A stretch of DNA of 52,083 nucleotides, filler included, from Catajapyx aquilonaris (lineage: Eukaryota): the NCBI GenBank assembly GCA_000934665.2. It is 3 parts of 3 records of this genome, joined end to end, with 100 filler letters (N's around TTAATTAATTAA, not from the genome) between each part and the next. Parts side by side here need not be neighbours in the genome. Positions count along the whole stretch, not along the records: positions 34,810 to 52,083 come from JYFJ02006984.1; 2 more parts are not named here. One strand, given 5' to 3'. The notes below the pieces were generated by a model. The model was not told where the DNA came from, searched no databases, and saw only the letters and a list, made by a program, of their open reading frames with translations. Position numbers and translations under genes: made by a program. Each line of letters begins with the position of its first letter. Positions within the stretch are counted from its first letter, which is position 1. Shown piece after piece: positions 35,775-48,504 of this stretch.

Positions 35775-37850
35775 GTATATAATAATATAATAATAATATA
35801 ATAATAATAGTTTTATTACCTCACCCTGGGCCCAAGGCCGTATGGGCGGGGGACTCTCCCTTTACAGCGTACAAGATTATATCACAAAATTTAAGCTTTC
35901 CACATATAACACAAAAAAATCTGAATAATTGATACATTCGATATTCAGGGATTCCCTCAAAAATAAAAAAATAAGTTCTGGGGAGAGATTTGCGGAAAAT
36001 TATTAAGAAGGGATCTTCTCTCGTTTCTGAAGAACGGGCGGACATACAAAACATGATACAAATCAAAATTTCCAAGCGTATTACATAAGGTACATACTTC
36101 GTTTGGCGCGAGAAAATAAATCTGTAGTCGTTAACCCAAATTCTTTGTGAGTTATTTCTCAAGTTAACCAGTAGGCGAGTGACATTGATGGGAGAATTAT
36201 AATTAAAATACGATTCTCTTAAAATAATAATCCTATGCTTTAATTAACGCGTAGTATCTATATCTAGAGGATGCTTGCATGTCGCAAAGGTCTTTTTGAA
36301 TAGATTCGTCAATCAGGGTCCTTAGTAAAGAGTAGGAGTTTGTCTTCGGGTCGGATGCTAGATAGTGTTCAAGAGAGGATCCAGCTCTATTTAACAAACT
36401 ATCCCAGTTTACTAACCAGGGAGACCGGTTCTTCTTTTCCAATGACAACAGGTACAGTACCTCCAACATTTCATTGCGAAATTTTTATTGGATCTGTCGT
36501 CAGAGGATTCCTTAATAAGTTTATTTAACAAATTTAACGTGATTTAAAGTATTTTAATTGTAAGGGGTCTTCTCCCCGTTTCTAGTCTAACAAAATATCC
36601 CGCTGTATATTGAGGAAGGTTCAAATATTTCTTTAAAAATTTTGTTTGAATCTGCTCAATTTGATCAACATATGGTATCGCCCAAATTTGTGCGTTATAC
36701 AGAACTGCGGGGGATATCTGGGCGTCGAAGAGACGTAAAGCCGTTGTGAGATGTCGATTTTTACATTTAGTTAAAGTGGTCCAAACCGCATTCGTCATGG
36801 CGTTCCCTTTGGTGCAAAAGTGATGCAATGTCTTGTTATATTTCGTAGAGCTGTTAAAAGGTACCCCGAGATATTTATACTGCTTTGTTATTTGTATTGG
36901 CATGCCATTCCATTTGTAGCTTACGTTTTTAGGCAACTTCCCGGGTTTCCAAAAAACCACAATTTTTGTTTTATCCAAATTTACACTCAGGTGATTATGT
37001 AATAAATAGTCTGCCAGGGCATTAATATGACGTTGTAAATAAATTGCAGTATCAGCCATAAGCACTAAATCCAAAAAATGCGTATCTTCTGTATTTGTGA
37101 ATAAATTAACCCCAGGGATCTTCGCATCTACAAATGTGTCACGCAGGTCAGCTGTGAATAAATTAAACAATATTGGACTCAAACATTCTCCCTGGAGTAC
37201 CCCTTTAGTTATCGCGACAGGGTTCAAATCATCCTGGCCTACAATCTCTGCATTTTCATACATCGATTTTATAATATATTATTAGCAAGAGTTTCGACTT
37301 ACTCAGACCCAAGCTTGTGAAACATTAGATTATGTTGCACTGAATCAAATGCCTTGGACAGGTCCACAAATAATGTAAAAAGCTTGGCTCCTTTTTTGTG
37401 TGCATATTTTTGAGTGAGCACGTCCAAACTAAATATTGTTTCTGAGCCATCCGCGTCCCCTATACGGAACCCAAATTGCGTGGGCGGCAATATTTCCCTT
37501 TCCTCAATCCATATGTCCAACCTTCTCGCGAGACCATACTGCTCTTCCACGCCCAGAAGTTCCCATCCTTGCTCGAACAACTCAGCATCCAGAAATTCTA
37601 TTACAAGTTTCGTCTCTTCTGCTTTTACTATAAATCTCTTTCCAGGGGCTGGTATTTCCAATGGACGGATTTGTAGAGCAGTTGATTTAAAAGTAGCCTA
37701 CTCCTGATACTAAAATGATCCGACCCTAATGAGTTCTCCACACTGAAATCGACCACCAATATTCAATCATATCAGTTGAGACCAGCAAGCAGTAATCTAT
37801 TACACTGGACCCTTTTGATGTCAAGTACGTATATAGTTTCCCACCCGGTC
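35775..37850 (-). mobile_element. Degraded LINE ORF2 (RTE-X-like) with 3' tail
   Basis: Endonuclease remnant YTYLTSKGSSVIDY (about 37790-37835). RT motifs QFGFR, FVDLSKAFDSV, KGVLQGECLSPILFNLF and YKYLGV, with YADD disrupted. C-terminal CTLC...H motif near 36040-36100 and a (TAT)n-like tail at 35775-35810. Confidence 0.88.
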
Positions 37851-38519
37851 GGATTTTGAACGGCCATTGAGCTCGACTAATGGTAAGAATGTCATCAATG
37901 ATCTTATCTGTGTACCTCTGGAATTCGTACCTTTATCTAAGGACTGTCTAAGTCGAGTCAGATGGTGGAAATCCACGTGCGCGCCATTCATTTCCTCTTT
38001 ATTGGGGACGAAACGGTGATTGATAACCTTAATAGCCGCTACCGTGTCTATATGTTTTATTAGTATTAGCGGAGAAGCGGCTCTTTACGGAGAGTAGCTG
38101 CTGCGCTACTGTTGGCCCTCCAGCCAAGATTGCCAACTGAGGAGACAGGAAATGTTTGTTCGCCATGCTTGGAAATTGCTGCGCTTCACTTCTAGGGAAA
38201 AGTGAGCCTTTTGCTTTGAGTTTACGTTGCTGCGGGTGGGCTGGGTCCACACACGGCCCACTGTCTGCACAGCATGGCCTGCCTACCTGCAATAACACAA
38301 ACACCGGCTGTAAGTACTCCCACCAGTACTGCAAGCACTGTGCTTGTAGACCGCTACAGCAACGAAACTTTTCTTGTTGCAGACATGGAGACCCACACAT
38401 ACTGTACGTGAGGGAAGCATGCCGAAGCATGTGGGCAGCGTGACTGTGGACCGCAGGCCAGACAATGACATTGTGGTTGGAATGCTGCTGCTGTGTGCGT
38501 ACAGCAGTAACAGCCACCA

Positions 38520-38750
38520 CTGGAAGAACCTACCGTCCCAGCTGATCTGCGCCAACATGAAACCATGGGATGAGTACGACGTACACAGGGGGCGGCCTGT
38601 CAGTTGAAGGTGAGAGCCTTAATGAATTTATTGCAATTTCAATGCAAAATGCCTCCAGGCTCAAGCCTGAAACATGTCTTTTCATATCCCGTAAGTGAGT
38701 CCACCAACGCAGCAGGCAAGACTCATCCAAAGTCAACGCATTGTAAATTG
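38520..38750 (-). mobile_element. Possible decayed KDZ-type (Kyakuja/Dileera/Zisupton) transposase fragment
   Basis: LRDMKRHVSGLSLEAFC and, frameshifted, CTSYSSHGFMLAQISWDG resemble the PGLSxxAF and CPAC...MLAxSxDGN segments of animal KDZ transposases. Recognised by eye only. Confidence 0.35.
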
Positions 38751-38941
38751 ACATGCTGAATGAAACTTGGCACAATAATAGAGGCAGCAGGCAGGTCATT
38801 CATTCGACAAAATGCAATCTGTTAATGCAGTGTGCTGCTACAATGTCAAAAGTTAGGACTTCTCGAAGTCAGTGTAGACGGCTTACGTAACGAGCACAGT
38901 TAAAGAGATTTTACTAAAAAGGAGACATTTTTAAAACATAT

Positions 38942-39273
38942 GAACCCGGATTATTATCCAACCTCAGATTATCCGACTCCTCTGTTTATCCAACCGTTCC
39001 ACTCAGGAAATGTATGTTTCCTCATCAAATACTGAAGTGTACTAAGCATTATTTTGTTCTGTATTTCCATAGTGAAATTGTAAATGCGGTACAGTAGAGT
39101 GTGTATGAAAAAGATAAATACTTCATTATTTCGTAGAAAACCATAATATTGTACATTATTTCTTGTTTTTATGGGATTTTTTGTCTTTCATTAATGGTTT
39201 CTTTACTCTTCAGATTATCCAACCTTTTTTGTGTTCCGACCACTGGTGATGGATAATAATTGGGGTTCTACTG
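38942..39273. mobile_element. pogo/Tigger-type MITE (same family as 12727-14282), nested in a long-TIR element at about 38755-39925
   Basis: GAACCCGGATTATT...GGGGTTCTACTG; internal sequence is collinear with the 12727 copy once its insertions are removed. Confidence 0.7.
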
Positions 39274-40104
39274 TTCATCATTGGAAAGGGATAATTATAA
39301 TGAGCCACTCAATAACTGCTAAAATGCAGCCATTTTTGACAAAATTGCTTCTGAAGTTTTTAAATTCGTTTAAAAAGCCTTTTTCTTTTTTAACATTATT
39401 ATGTGCTTGATTGGCCTCAAATTTAGCTAATACTGTTGGGAAAGTTAGAAAATGTCATATCCAGTGTCAGAAATCCGGTTTCATATTTTTGTCATAAGCG
39501 GGGAGCTTAAAGCACTTGCAGATGACCATAAGCACCATAGACTACTTTGAAAATAGGCCTGATGTGTTCCAAACACTTTTCGAGTACTGCTTGGACTCCA
39601 TTGGCAGTGCAAGTGATAACACTCCTGCAATGCACAAACTTATCATTTATGAGATGTACTCGTTACACAAATGAATTTTTTTTGTGCACATTATTGAAAA
39701 CATTTATAAGTACTAATTTTGTATGCTTCTTTTAATCTGCAAATGCTTTACTCTTCCCGCTTAGGTAAGCTGTCTGGGCTAATTTCAAGAGGTCATAACT
39801 TTTGACCTTGTAGGGCACTGCAAAAAATGGATTGCATTTTGGTGAATGACTTACCTGCCTGTATTATTTTTCCCCGTTTCATTCAGCAACCCCATTTACA
39901 ATGCGTGACCTTCACTTATCAGTCCTGATTGTAATAGCTGGATATATTTCCTCAAAAAAAAAATAATAATAATTTGACACTTAATTGACAAAAAATGGGA
40001 AATATGAGGTTAGTGCATCTGGACGGGATACGAGCCCGAGGAGATGGCGCACTGATATGTGATATGGGATGATTGGTATGAAAACAGTGGCCTTCCCATA
40101 ACAC

Positions 40105-40560
40105 CTACTCCAAACATGGGGACATGTGTAAGTTGCTAGGCGCCAAATCAGGGTTGTATGAAGGATATGGACGAGGCTTTCCCCAACTGAAATTTGCAAT
40201 GGCTTCATTGGCTTGTGTAAGCTCGGCAGAGTTGCGGCAGGTATTGTCATCAAGCAGAATTACACCAACAGTGAGGAGACCTGGACTCTTGTGACAAATT
40301 GCATATTTCAGTTTGTCCACCCAAGAAGAGTTTTGTGGGACTCGCTGCTCACAAATCTTATTGTAATACTGCCTATGATCAGGATAATTATGTGCACACG
40401 CCCAGAGGAGATTTCAGTTTTTTCAGAGAGCGCTTCCACTGTCATTCTGGTGTCTTCCAGAAAGAGACTGCGACTACGAATACCACTACAGAAACATTGA
40501 CATTATTTGCCCTGGCCTGGATTCATCAATGATGACCACATCTTTGATAAGCACTTCCTC
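40105..40560 (-). mobile_element. mariner transposase remnant (internally deleted)
   Basis: EDTRMTVEALSEKTEISSG, KICEQRVP (WVP-like), PGLLTVGVILLDDN and SYNPDLAPS (YSPDLAP motif). Confidence 0.85.
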
Positions 40561-41865
40561 CAAACTTAAACACTCAACAGAGGCATGCACTTCTCTGTAC
40601 ATGGGACTCCAGCAATGATGAGAGTACTCTACTCCCGACTCCTTCCTTGGTTAAAACACAGGTTATCCCTCGCCGCTCAGCATTCATTGCTTCCATCCTC
40701 ACTGGACGGTCCTTTTGAGTCATTATGAAGTATGTAAAATTAGCTCCACTGGCAGTAACGATGCATGACAAAAAGTCTCGGTAGGTCTGATGTACTTCTG
40801 CCGTTTCCTTGTTGCCAAATATGCCTGCTCACTATCATGCTGCAAATGGCTGACCAGGTCCTTTTCTTCTGCTGCTGCTTTTTTGTACCCAGAAAATTTG
40901 GAAATTGGAATTTAGAACTCTCACTGGATGTCAAAGTTTCACCTGATGGCGGCGAGATGGGGTCAAAGTCAGCACTGTCTTCTATGTCATTGTCGTCATT
41001 TGTTAGTAAGCCTAAAACCTCATCACTTGCAGTACAATGCCACTAGTTAATCATATGTAAATGTCTCTGGACAAGTTTGACCTAAGACTTTTTTTCTTCA
41101 TAAACTTGTACTGTTACTGGAATATTTACCACACTTGAAAGACTTCTTTCCATATTGTTGAATAGAGTTGAACAGCCCCTTTCTTCATCTTTCATTGCAT
41201 AGATTGTATGGGCGGTTGCCACGGGTGTGTTTGCCCCTCCCTGAGTGGATCATATATAAAGGATAAACTATTATTTATCCGCACCTTAACAACACGGCCA
41301 GTGTTGGGCCTCCCGACGGTTGGCAACGTTGCGTCGCAAACAATCGGGTGCCTATTGATACCCGTGATTGATACTGCTGCATGGTTACATGGAACTGTGC
41401 TTTATTCTTCTTTTCGGGCTTTCGGAGATTCAATTCGGGATTTTGAGGTGATTAAGTGGATGGAATAGCCATTTGTCTTGGTGTTGCTGTATGGCTTTTT
41501 GTCACTGCAACAGTACTGTACATTGTTGTGGCCATGCCAGGCACGGTACGTCGCCCGTGCGTGATATTTTTAGTTTTTGCGGAGCGATAGCGGAGCTGGG
41601 CGCTTATTGTGGGTTTCTGTATCCGCAACATTTACTGTCCGTCTTGTGGCGCCGCAGGCCAACGAACCTTATTGTGGCTTTGCCAAACTCGAAGTGCACC
41701 TTCACATGGTCCGTTAAACCAACGAAGTATGTGCATGACGCCAAGTTCCGCCCGCCTCCACCCGGCTCTTCCCTCCAATTATGCCCACGACTCACTCTGC
41801 AGGAATACTACTGCACGCGCTCAGAAAACACGGATGGTGTGACATCATGTCGTTCTTTGGGTTAA

Positions 41866-42336
41866 AGGAAGGGTTCAGTGATTTTGCATGTTGAGCTCCA
41901 AAAATAAAACACGACTCCCTGATTTGAAATATCCGATCCGTTTTGTTGGCAAATGCACCATAAGCGTAAAATTTCAAGTCAAAGTAGTTTTTTTTTTTTA
42001 AATCAGCGCCGAACACGACGTTCCCTCTAGCCACAAGAGTGGAAGCTTCGATGCAGCGGTCGAAGCTTCCACTCTTGTGGCTAGAGGGAACCCGTGTCCC
42101 GTGAAAATATGAAAAAATGGGCCAATCTCATTGGCCACGGTGGTGGCAGGTTACCGGAATTTCCGCGGGAGGCGCTGGCTGTACGCTTACCGTATCGAAT
42201 ACAGTAGCGGATATGGACTTTCACCTAACGGCATTTGTTTACGCGTCGTCAGATTCCAAAACTGACCACATTTTTGGAATCAGGGAGTCTTCCTTGATCT
42301 CTGAAGCCCAACATGCAAAATCACTGAACCCTTCCT
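41866..42336. mobile_element. Kolobok-like MITE with a central perfect hairpin
   Basis: TTAA|AGGAAGGGTTCAGTGATTTTGCATGTTG...CAACATGCAAAATCACTGAACCCTTCCT|TTAA. Confidence 0.75.
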
Positions 42337-43952
42337 TTAACGGACTGCAGCAACCATCATAGCTTTCATATTTCTCACCTCCTTCATTAATACTGCGGTC
42401 GTAGCACTCGTCTGATCGGTTCTCATGGCAGGGGTAAGAAGGCCCCCTTTGTTGTGCTCTCCCTGTAACCGGTTGTTTGCGACGCGTAGCCAACATGTTT
42501 GGAGCCCACGAAGCCCTCCCAACCCCGCCGCGTAGCTAGGTGCGGATAAACGATAGACTTTCCATATAGAGTGCATCACTCTGACCTGAGGCCTGGATTC
42601 GATCAAGCATCCCTCCCACCTCCTTTGAACAAGTTCAGGAATTAACAGCCAACCAAGCAGCTATTGTGTGGTTGGGCGTGAGGGCAGGTGAGAGGGCATA
42701 TAAACAGCATGGCGATATCTATCACATTTTGGCAACTACCCCTTTTGAATGTTTCTTGACGCCCTGGTGTCGCAGTTTAAAGGGTGCCCTACACTCAATT
42801 CAGAGACAATGTACTGCCGTATTGCCACACAAGTGTGGAAATACCCTCACATGGGCGTATTTCCAAATATTCCGGAGTGTGGGAATTGTTCCTCAATCAT
42901 GGTCCGTCTGCCAAGTTTCCTCACTCTCACAAGTCTAGAAGTGGATTGGGTGCCCAGAAACTACCTACAGACACACACACTGCCATTCGGTCTCGCGTCA
43001 AACCTTCTCGTTGCTCAATCATAAGTGGAGCTACCGTTGCGATCCTATCCCGTAGGGGTTGGCGATGACCGGTTTTGAAACCTCACACATTGTTCATGAT
43101 GATAATTCAAATAAAAAAGCCGCCTCATTCATGAAACAAACCTGCCGTAGAAAAGTCGCATAGCCCTATTCAGCCTCCCAGGGTGCGAAGTATTGAATGA
43201 GAAGTTTCCCCATGACTAGCTAGCGCCCCAAGAAGGCCAGAGATCCGACCCCGATCGACTTTTTTTTGTGTAGAGATTCATGCACACAGTGAAAAGGATC
43301 TTCATCTCCAACACCTACGGGATAAGATTACAACGGTAACTCCAGACACGACACCGATTAGCGCATTTACATTTTCCGAGTGTCAAATGGAGCTCATATT
43401 CAACCAAACTATGATAAGAAGAAAACTTTAGACCTTCTCAGCATTTCAAAACTTAAATCATTTAGATATGCCTACAAGTTTCCGTTTTATTGGGTTTTAT
43501 AATCGGGCGGGTATTCTTAGACCAGCACCCTGTGCATTATATCTTGATATGTATTTTATTTATAAGTTAGACCTAATTGTAAATTAAAGAAGTTTCTGCT
43601 TATTCCCCTCTTTGAAGCCATACTAGGCCTCTCTCTTTATCTCTCTGTAAAACGCTCCCGTCAAACGCGGCGAATAGTTCTGTTTGTGGCGATGGAGGCC
43701 AGATGGCGCTGGGGAGCGGAGAGAAGCCATTTCTTCCCCCGCGCCCTTCACTCCGCCATCTTTCCCGGCCACTCGGAGCAGGCCAGCGGTGGACGAAGGT
43801 TGTTTGTCCGTGACTGTGACTCTCTCCGTCAGAAGCCTCTTCGTGTGGTCCCTGGTCCGTCTTCAGAGCGATTGGAACCTGTGCTTCTGGTTTGGAGCAG
43901 AGACCCACTGATCTACCTTCTGTCCACGTATCCACACAGACTGATCGGGAAG

Positions 43953-46817
43953 ATGGCGGCTATGCAGCAGGCTCAGTCCCCACAGGTAGGTCGCAATTTT
44001 TATTTTTATTTTTCACCATTTTGTGGTAGGAATAATTGTGCTATAACCAGGCAGATGTGTGCAGAAATTACAGTGGGTTTAGTAAGGGCATCTTTTTTCA
44101 ATATAAATGTGTGCGGGGAATTTCTGCGTTTTTAGCTAGGCCTAGTGTAACACTACACTAGGCCTCTAGCTAAAATACGCCTGAATATGCCTACATCAGC
44201 CAATTGCAGGTATGCCATAGTACAGAAGAGGTCTTGAATACTATTTCACATTCACCCTACCACCATACATTCCCAAACAATAATCGCGATTTTTAGCTAG
44301 GCCTAGTGTAACATTACACTAAGCCTAGCTAAAATCGGGATGGGTATTTGAGAATGTATGGTGTAGGGTGCATGTGAAATAGTACTCAGACCTCTTCTGT
44401 ACTATGGTATATCCTACCTGCAATTGGCTGATGTAGGCATATTCAGGATTGCATTACCCAACTGCTTCAATTTCAAAATTTCCGTTTTACATGCGCAATG
44501 CATTGCGCATGTAAAAAGGAAAAGTAGCGGGAAGTAAGGCGGAGTCTGAAAATTGCCGAATAAATTAACTTACCAGTATATTATTTTAGAGAAGGGCATG
44601 AGTCCGACTCAATATTTATGGTAATAATAATTGTTCATGATAGCAAGGACTAAAAATTGTACTCTCCGCAAGTGCTTGCAAGTGGTGGAAAATTGTTTCC
44701 TAACCTTTTTTCTAACACAGCAGTACTACTGATTTTACTAACCGCTCAGGCCATCCTTTACTGTGACTTTAATAGCCGTTATTATTACAGCACTTCAATA
44801 GCGGCTTGGTCGCTGGTCAGGTTATTCGCGACTGTCATAAGGGCATTGACTACGCCTTGCAGGTACGGCTGGGAGCAGGCTGCTTCGGAGAGGTGTTTAG
44901 GTGCGAGAGGAGAGATGCTGCCCAACTGGACCCTCACAAGGTGGCCGTGGTCAAGGTGCAGAAGGACCCTGTGGCAAGCAGCAGGGAGGGGGCCATCATG
45001 CAGTTTCTGGGGATGCCCGTTCAGTCTCCGGGGAGCACAGGCCAACCCTCTGGCACGACTGATGGTGGGGAGGAGGACAGGCACAACATTACCAAATTTC
45101 TCGGTTTCTTCCGTCACTCCGACCTCTACTGCCTGGTGATTGAGTGTATGCAGGGAGACCTTTTGCAACTCCTCGGCTGGCAGACCCTTAACCAATACAG
45201 GCTGCCCTCCGTAGTGGTCTCCAGCGTGGCGAGGCAGCTCCTCACGGCACTTGATTGGCTCAAGGTAATGCATTCAATGTGATTTTCATTCTGGGGAATA
45301 TTTAGTAACAATTCACTAGGATCATGTTTCATGCCCAACTGTAATCCATAATGAACTTTTATTTCAGACCAAGCAATTGATGCACACTGACATCAAGCCA
45401 GACAATGTCCTCGTCAATGTGATGCCAAACAATGAAGTGAGAGTGAAGCTGGCTGACTTTGGATGGACCTTGCAACCTCAAGAAGCTGAACAGTATTTTG
45501 GGAAGGATCTTCAACCCACCACCCACAGGGCTCCTGAGATTTATGTTGGTAAGGGAGATGTAACATTAACTTCTTGCCTTCCCGTAGTGATAATTTAAAG
45601 TGCGATGTTAGCTTAATTTTAATGACACTTATTTTACACTTCAGGTGCACCTTTCACTGACGCCATTGACATGTGGTCCCTTGGAGTCGTGTGTGGGCAG
45701 ATGATGTATGGCCTTAACTGCCAGCTTTTCGCCCGCTACAGCCCGCTCAACACTCTTCATGTTTGGTCGAGAGTGTGCGGAGACATTCCCAACACAGTCC
45801 TGGATGCTGGCAAGCACACCCTCAAGTACTACAACAGGAGCAAAGACGGAGAGTACACACTGAATGTAAGTGAAAAAGACACTTTTCACATTATTTATTT
45901 CCTTCAGAATTTGGATATATTTTAACAAATGACTAGTAGTTGTTGTTTCTATGCCATTTTTGACTGTTTTAAACTAAATTTTTTACTATCGAATTACTTT
46001 CTCGGCAATAGTCATTCACATAATTTTACTTCTTGTAATATTTGATTGATGAGAGTAATAATAATAATTTTTGCTGACTGTTGCCAAATCTTGTTCAATT
46101 ATACCATAAATGTGTAAAGAAAAGGTGCTTATTTTTTAAGCAGATTAATCTCCAAAATGTTGCATTATTTTTTGCTGAATAATTATCCTTTCCACAGTCC
46201 TAAAATGTCATTAATTTGATATTAAATCTGATTTCTTTCATTTATAGCTTGAGCTTTCGACATTGAGCGTCCGTTCCCGTGCCATGAGCAGCGGGCCATA
46301 TCATCAGTCCACCGTCAAAGATGAGGAGTTCGAGAAGTTCTTCTTTAGGTGCTTGGCTGTTGATCCAGTAAGTGTTTTTAAAAGTACATTATTAACTTTC
46401 AATTATCAGTTCAAGTACTTTACTTAGAAATTGGGAAATATCAATGACATTATACCTATATTTTTTTTTGAATTGTTTGCTATGCCAATTAAAGAATTTT
46501 TTTCTTGAACTTGATGTCAGTAGTTGGTCTAGTTCCTATATCTCAGAGTAGTCAATTGTTGATGTGTAAGTATGCACAAAAATATTCAATTTTTGATAAT
46601 GGCTGGAGCCTGATGTATTTGGGTTGCTATGAAAAAAGGCTTAGAATCTTGCTCATTCACAACTCTGTAAATGCCAAGTGTATGAATTGTGCTGGACGTT
46701 TTCGAGCATAACTAAGACTGTGTGTATCATTTTGTCTTGCAGAAGCAGCGCCTGACGCCAAAGGAGGGCCTCGTCATGCCGTTCATCACGCAGTCTGTCC
46801 AGTCCATGCAGCCGTGA
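43953..46817 (+). CDS. Divergent CMGC Ser/Thr protein kinase (HIPK/DYRK-like, kinase domain only), 367 aa
   Basis: Exons 43953-43985, 44791-45264, 45368-45548, 45645-45865, 46248-46367 and 46743-46817 join in frame with GT-AG introns. Motifs LGAGCFGEV, VAVVK, HTDIKPDN, LADFG, HRAPE, GAPFTDAIDMWSLG and DPKQRLTP. The 33-nt first exon is the least certain. Confidence 0.9.
44130..44447. repeat. Compound palindrome in kinase intron 1
   Basis: About 44181-44280 pairs with about 44340-44447. A ~45-nt palindrome (TTTTAGCTAGGCCTAGTGTAACA...) occurs at both 44130 and 44290. Confidence 0.8.
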
Positions 46818-48504
46818 AGGTGGTTGGTCCAGGAGGCCTGAGCTCTTGAAAACGACTGACAAAGATTTTCATCTGCTGTATTCCGGTGACAACGATTTCT
46901 GGTCATGTGATATACATTTTGTACCTGCTTGAGATGCTTTCTCTGATTTGTGGAGGAAATGCAATTTGTGTACCTGTTACAATGCCATGCGGGCATTAGT
47001 CGCATTTGTACATGTTGTGTACTTTACTTAAAGTACATGCTTCACACACTGTGAAATTGCATGTATTTCTTGTTAGTTGCTATTAAGGATTGAGATTTTT
47101 TTCTACAGTAACCTGTTGTATTGTTTCTGATTCATGTGAAGGAATGAATTTTATTTTCTGCTTAACATAATGTGTTCTTTGTAAATAATGAATTCAATAA
47201 GGATTGAAGTACAAATATTTCTGTACATTTTGTTGACGAGAACTGATGTTGATTCTATATGTGTTGTGTTATTCGATATTTTCTCACTTGTTGCTATTTC
47301 AGCAAATGTAAACATATGATGATGGTTTTTACAAAATGTATATACCTGATATATTGTTGTTGCTAAGGTTGTTTGAATCTTCTGATGCCTTTTATGTGAA
47401 ATTATTTTTGTACATTGCAATTTGTTATCACCATTGTGATATTTTATCTTTATATGGAAATATACAGCATTGAATTCCCAATATAATTTGTTTCTTTTTT
47501 TGACCCTCTTGATTAGTGATCTAATTAGTTGTAAATACTTGCTGTGGAAAGTGTCTGGTTGTGTTATAAATAATGTCTAGGTGGCCTGCCGTGAAATCTC
47601 AAGGAAATATCCTCAATCTCGTTCCATCTGCAAGGTAGCTTATTTTCATGCTGTGTTTGAAAGTGTCGACATGTGTTGCCACAGGCGTAGAGAGATACTG
47701 TCTTCTCCATCTACGGTCTTCAGATCTAAAATACTCTTTGAAAATGCTACACATAGCCACTGTGATGGTATTAGCAACACCATCTAATCTCACAAATTCA
47801 GTATTTGAGGCGGGGATGGAAAAAGAACCGCTTCTATGATACCGATCCGGACCCGGTACAAGAAGCGCTTCCAGTATTTCTCGGTACCCTTGGCATCCGG
47901 TAACCGGTAGCTCTTTGCGAACATGGGAGCGGTTGTAGAAGCGGAAGCGGATGCCTTTTTTGAAGATGCTACCGGTTCTTCGGAAGCGCTTCTCGTGTCT
48001 TAACCGGTTCCTCGTTCTTTTTCGCCCAAGGGGGATATTCACTGCGACACTGCCTGTAAAAGTGTACACTGGAACACAAACAGTCAAATGGGCAAATAGG
48101 TGTTTACAATTTGCGTCATTTGAATAAATGTTATTACTTCGTGAACTGTTTCCAACAGCAGATGTGTTATTTATGATAATACAGGGTGGACCAACTTCAA
48201 GTGTCGTTTTATAACGGCTATTAATAGAAGCACTTTACGATTGACGTAGCAGCGACGTGTAAAATGGCCCACTTCGGCGCCATCGAAAATATTAGCTGCC
48301 AATAGCAGCACACATGTAATGAACCCTGTGCAACCACATGCGGCACCAATGCCAATCCGGCAGTCCTTAACCTGTTGAGGGCCAGGTTTTCTTTTCAATT
48401 GCAAGCCCCCACAGCCCGAGTTTTTTTCCCCCCAAATTCAGGCGATAAAAATGCGTAAAAATGAGCAGAAATGAGTGACCTGACCTTAGTTTTCTAAAGC
48501 AGCT

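Noticed and set aside
40574..41046. Coding-like minus-strand frames next to the mariner remnant
   Set aside because: No recognisable domain or consistent splice structure.
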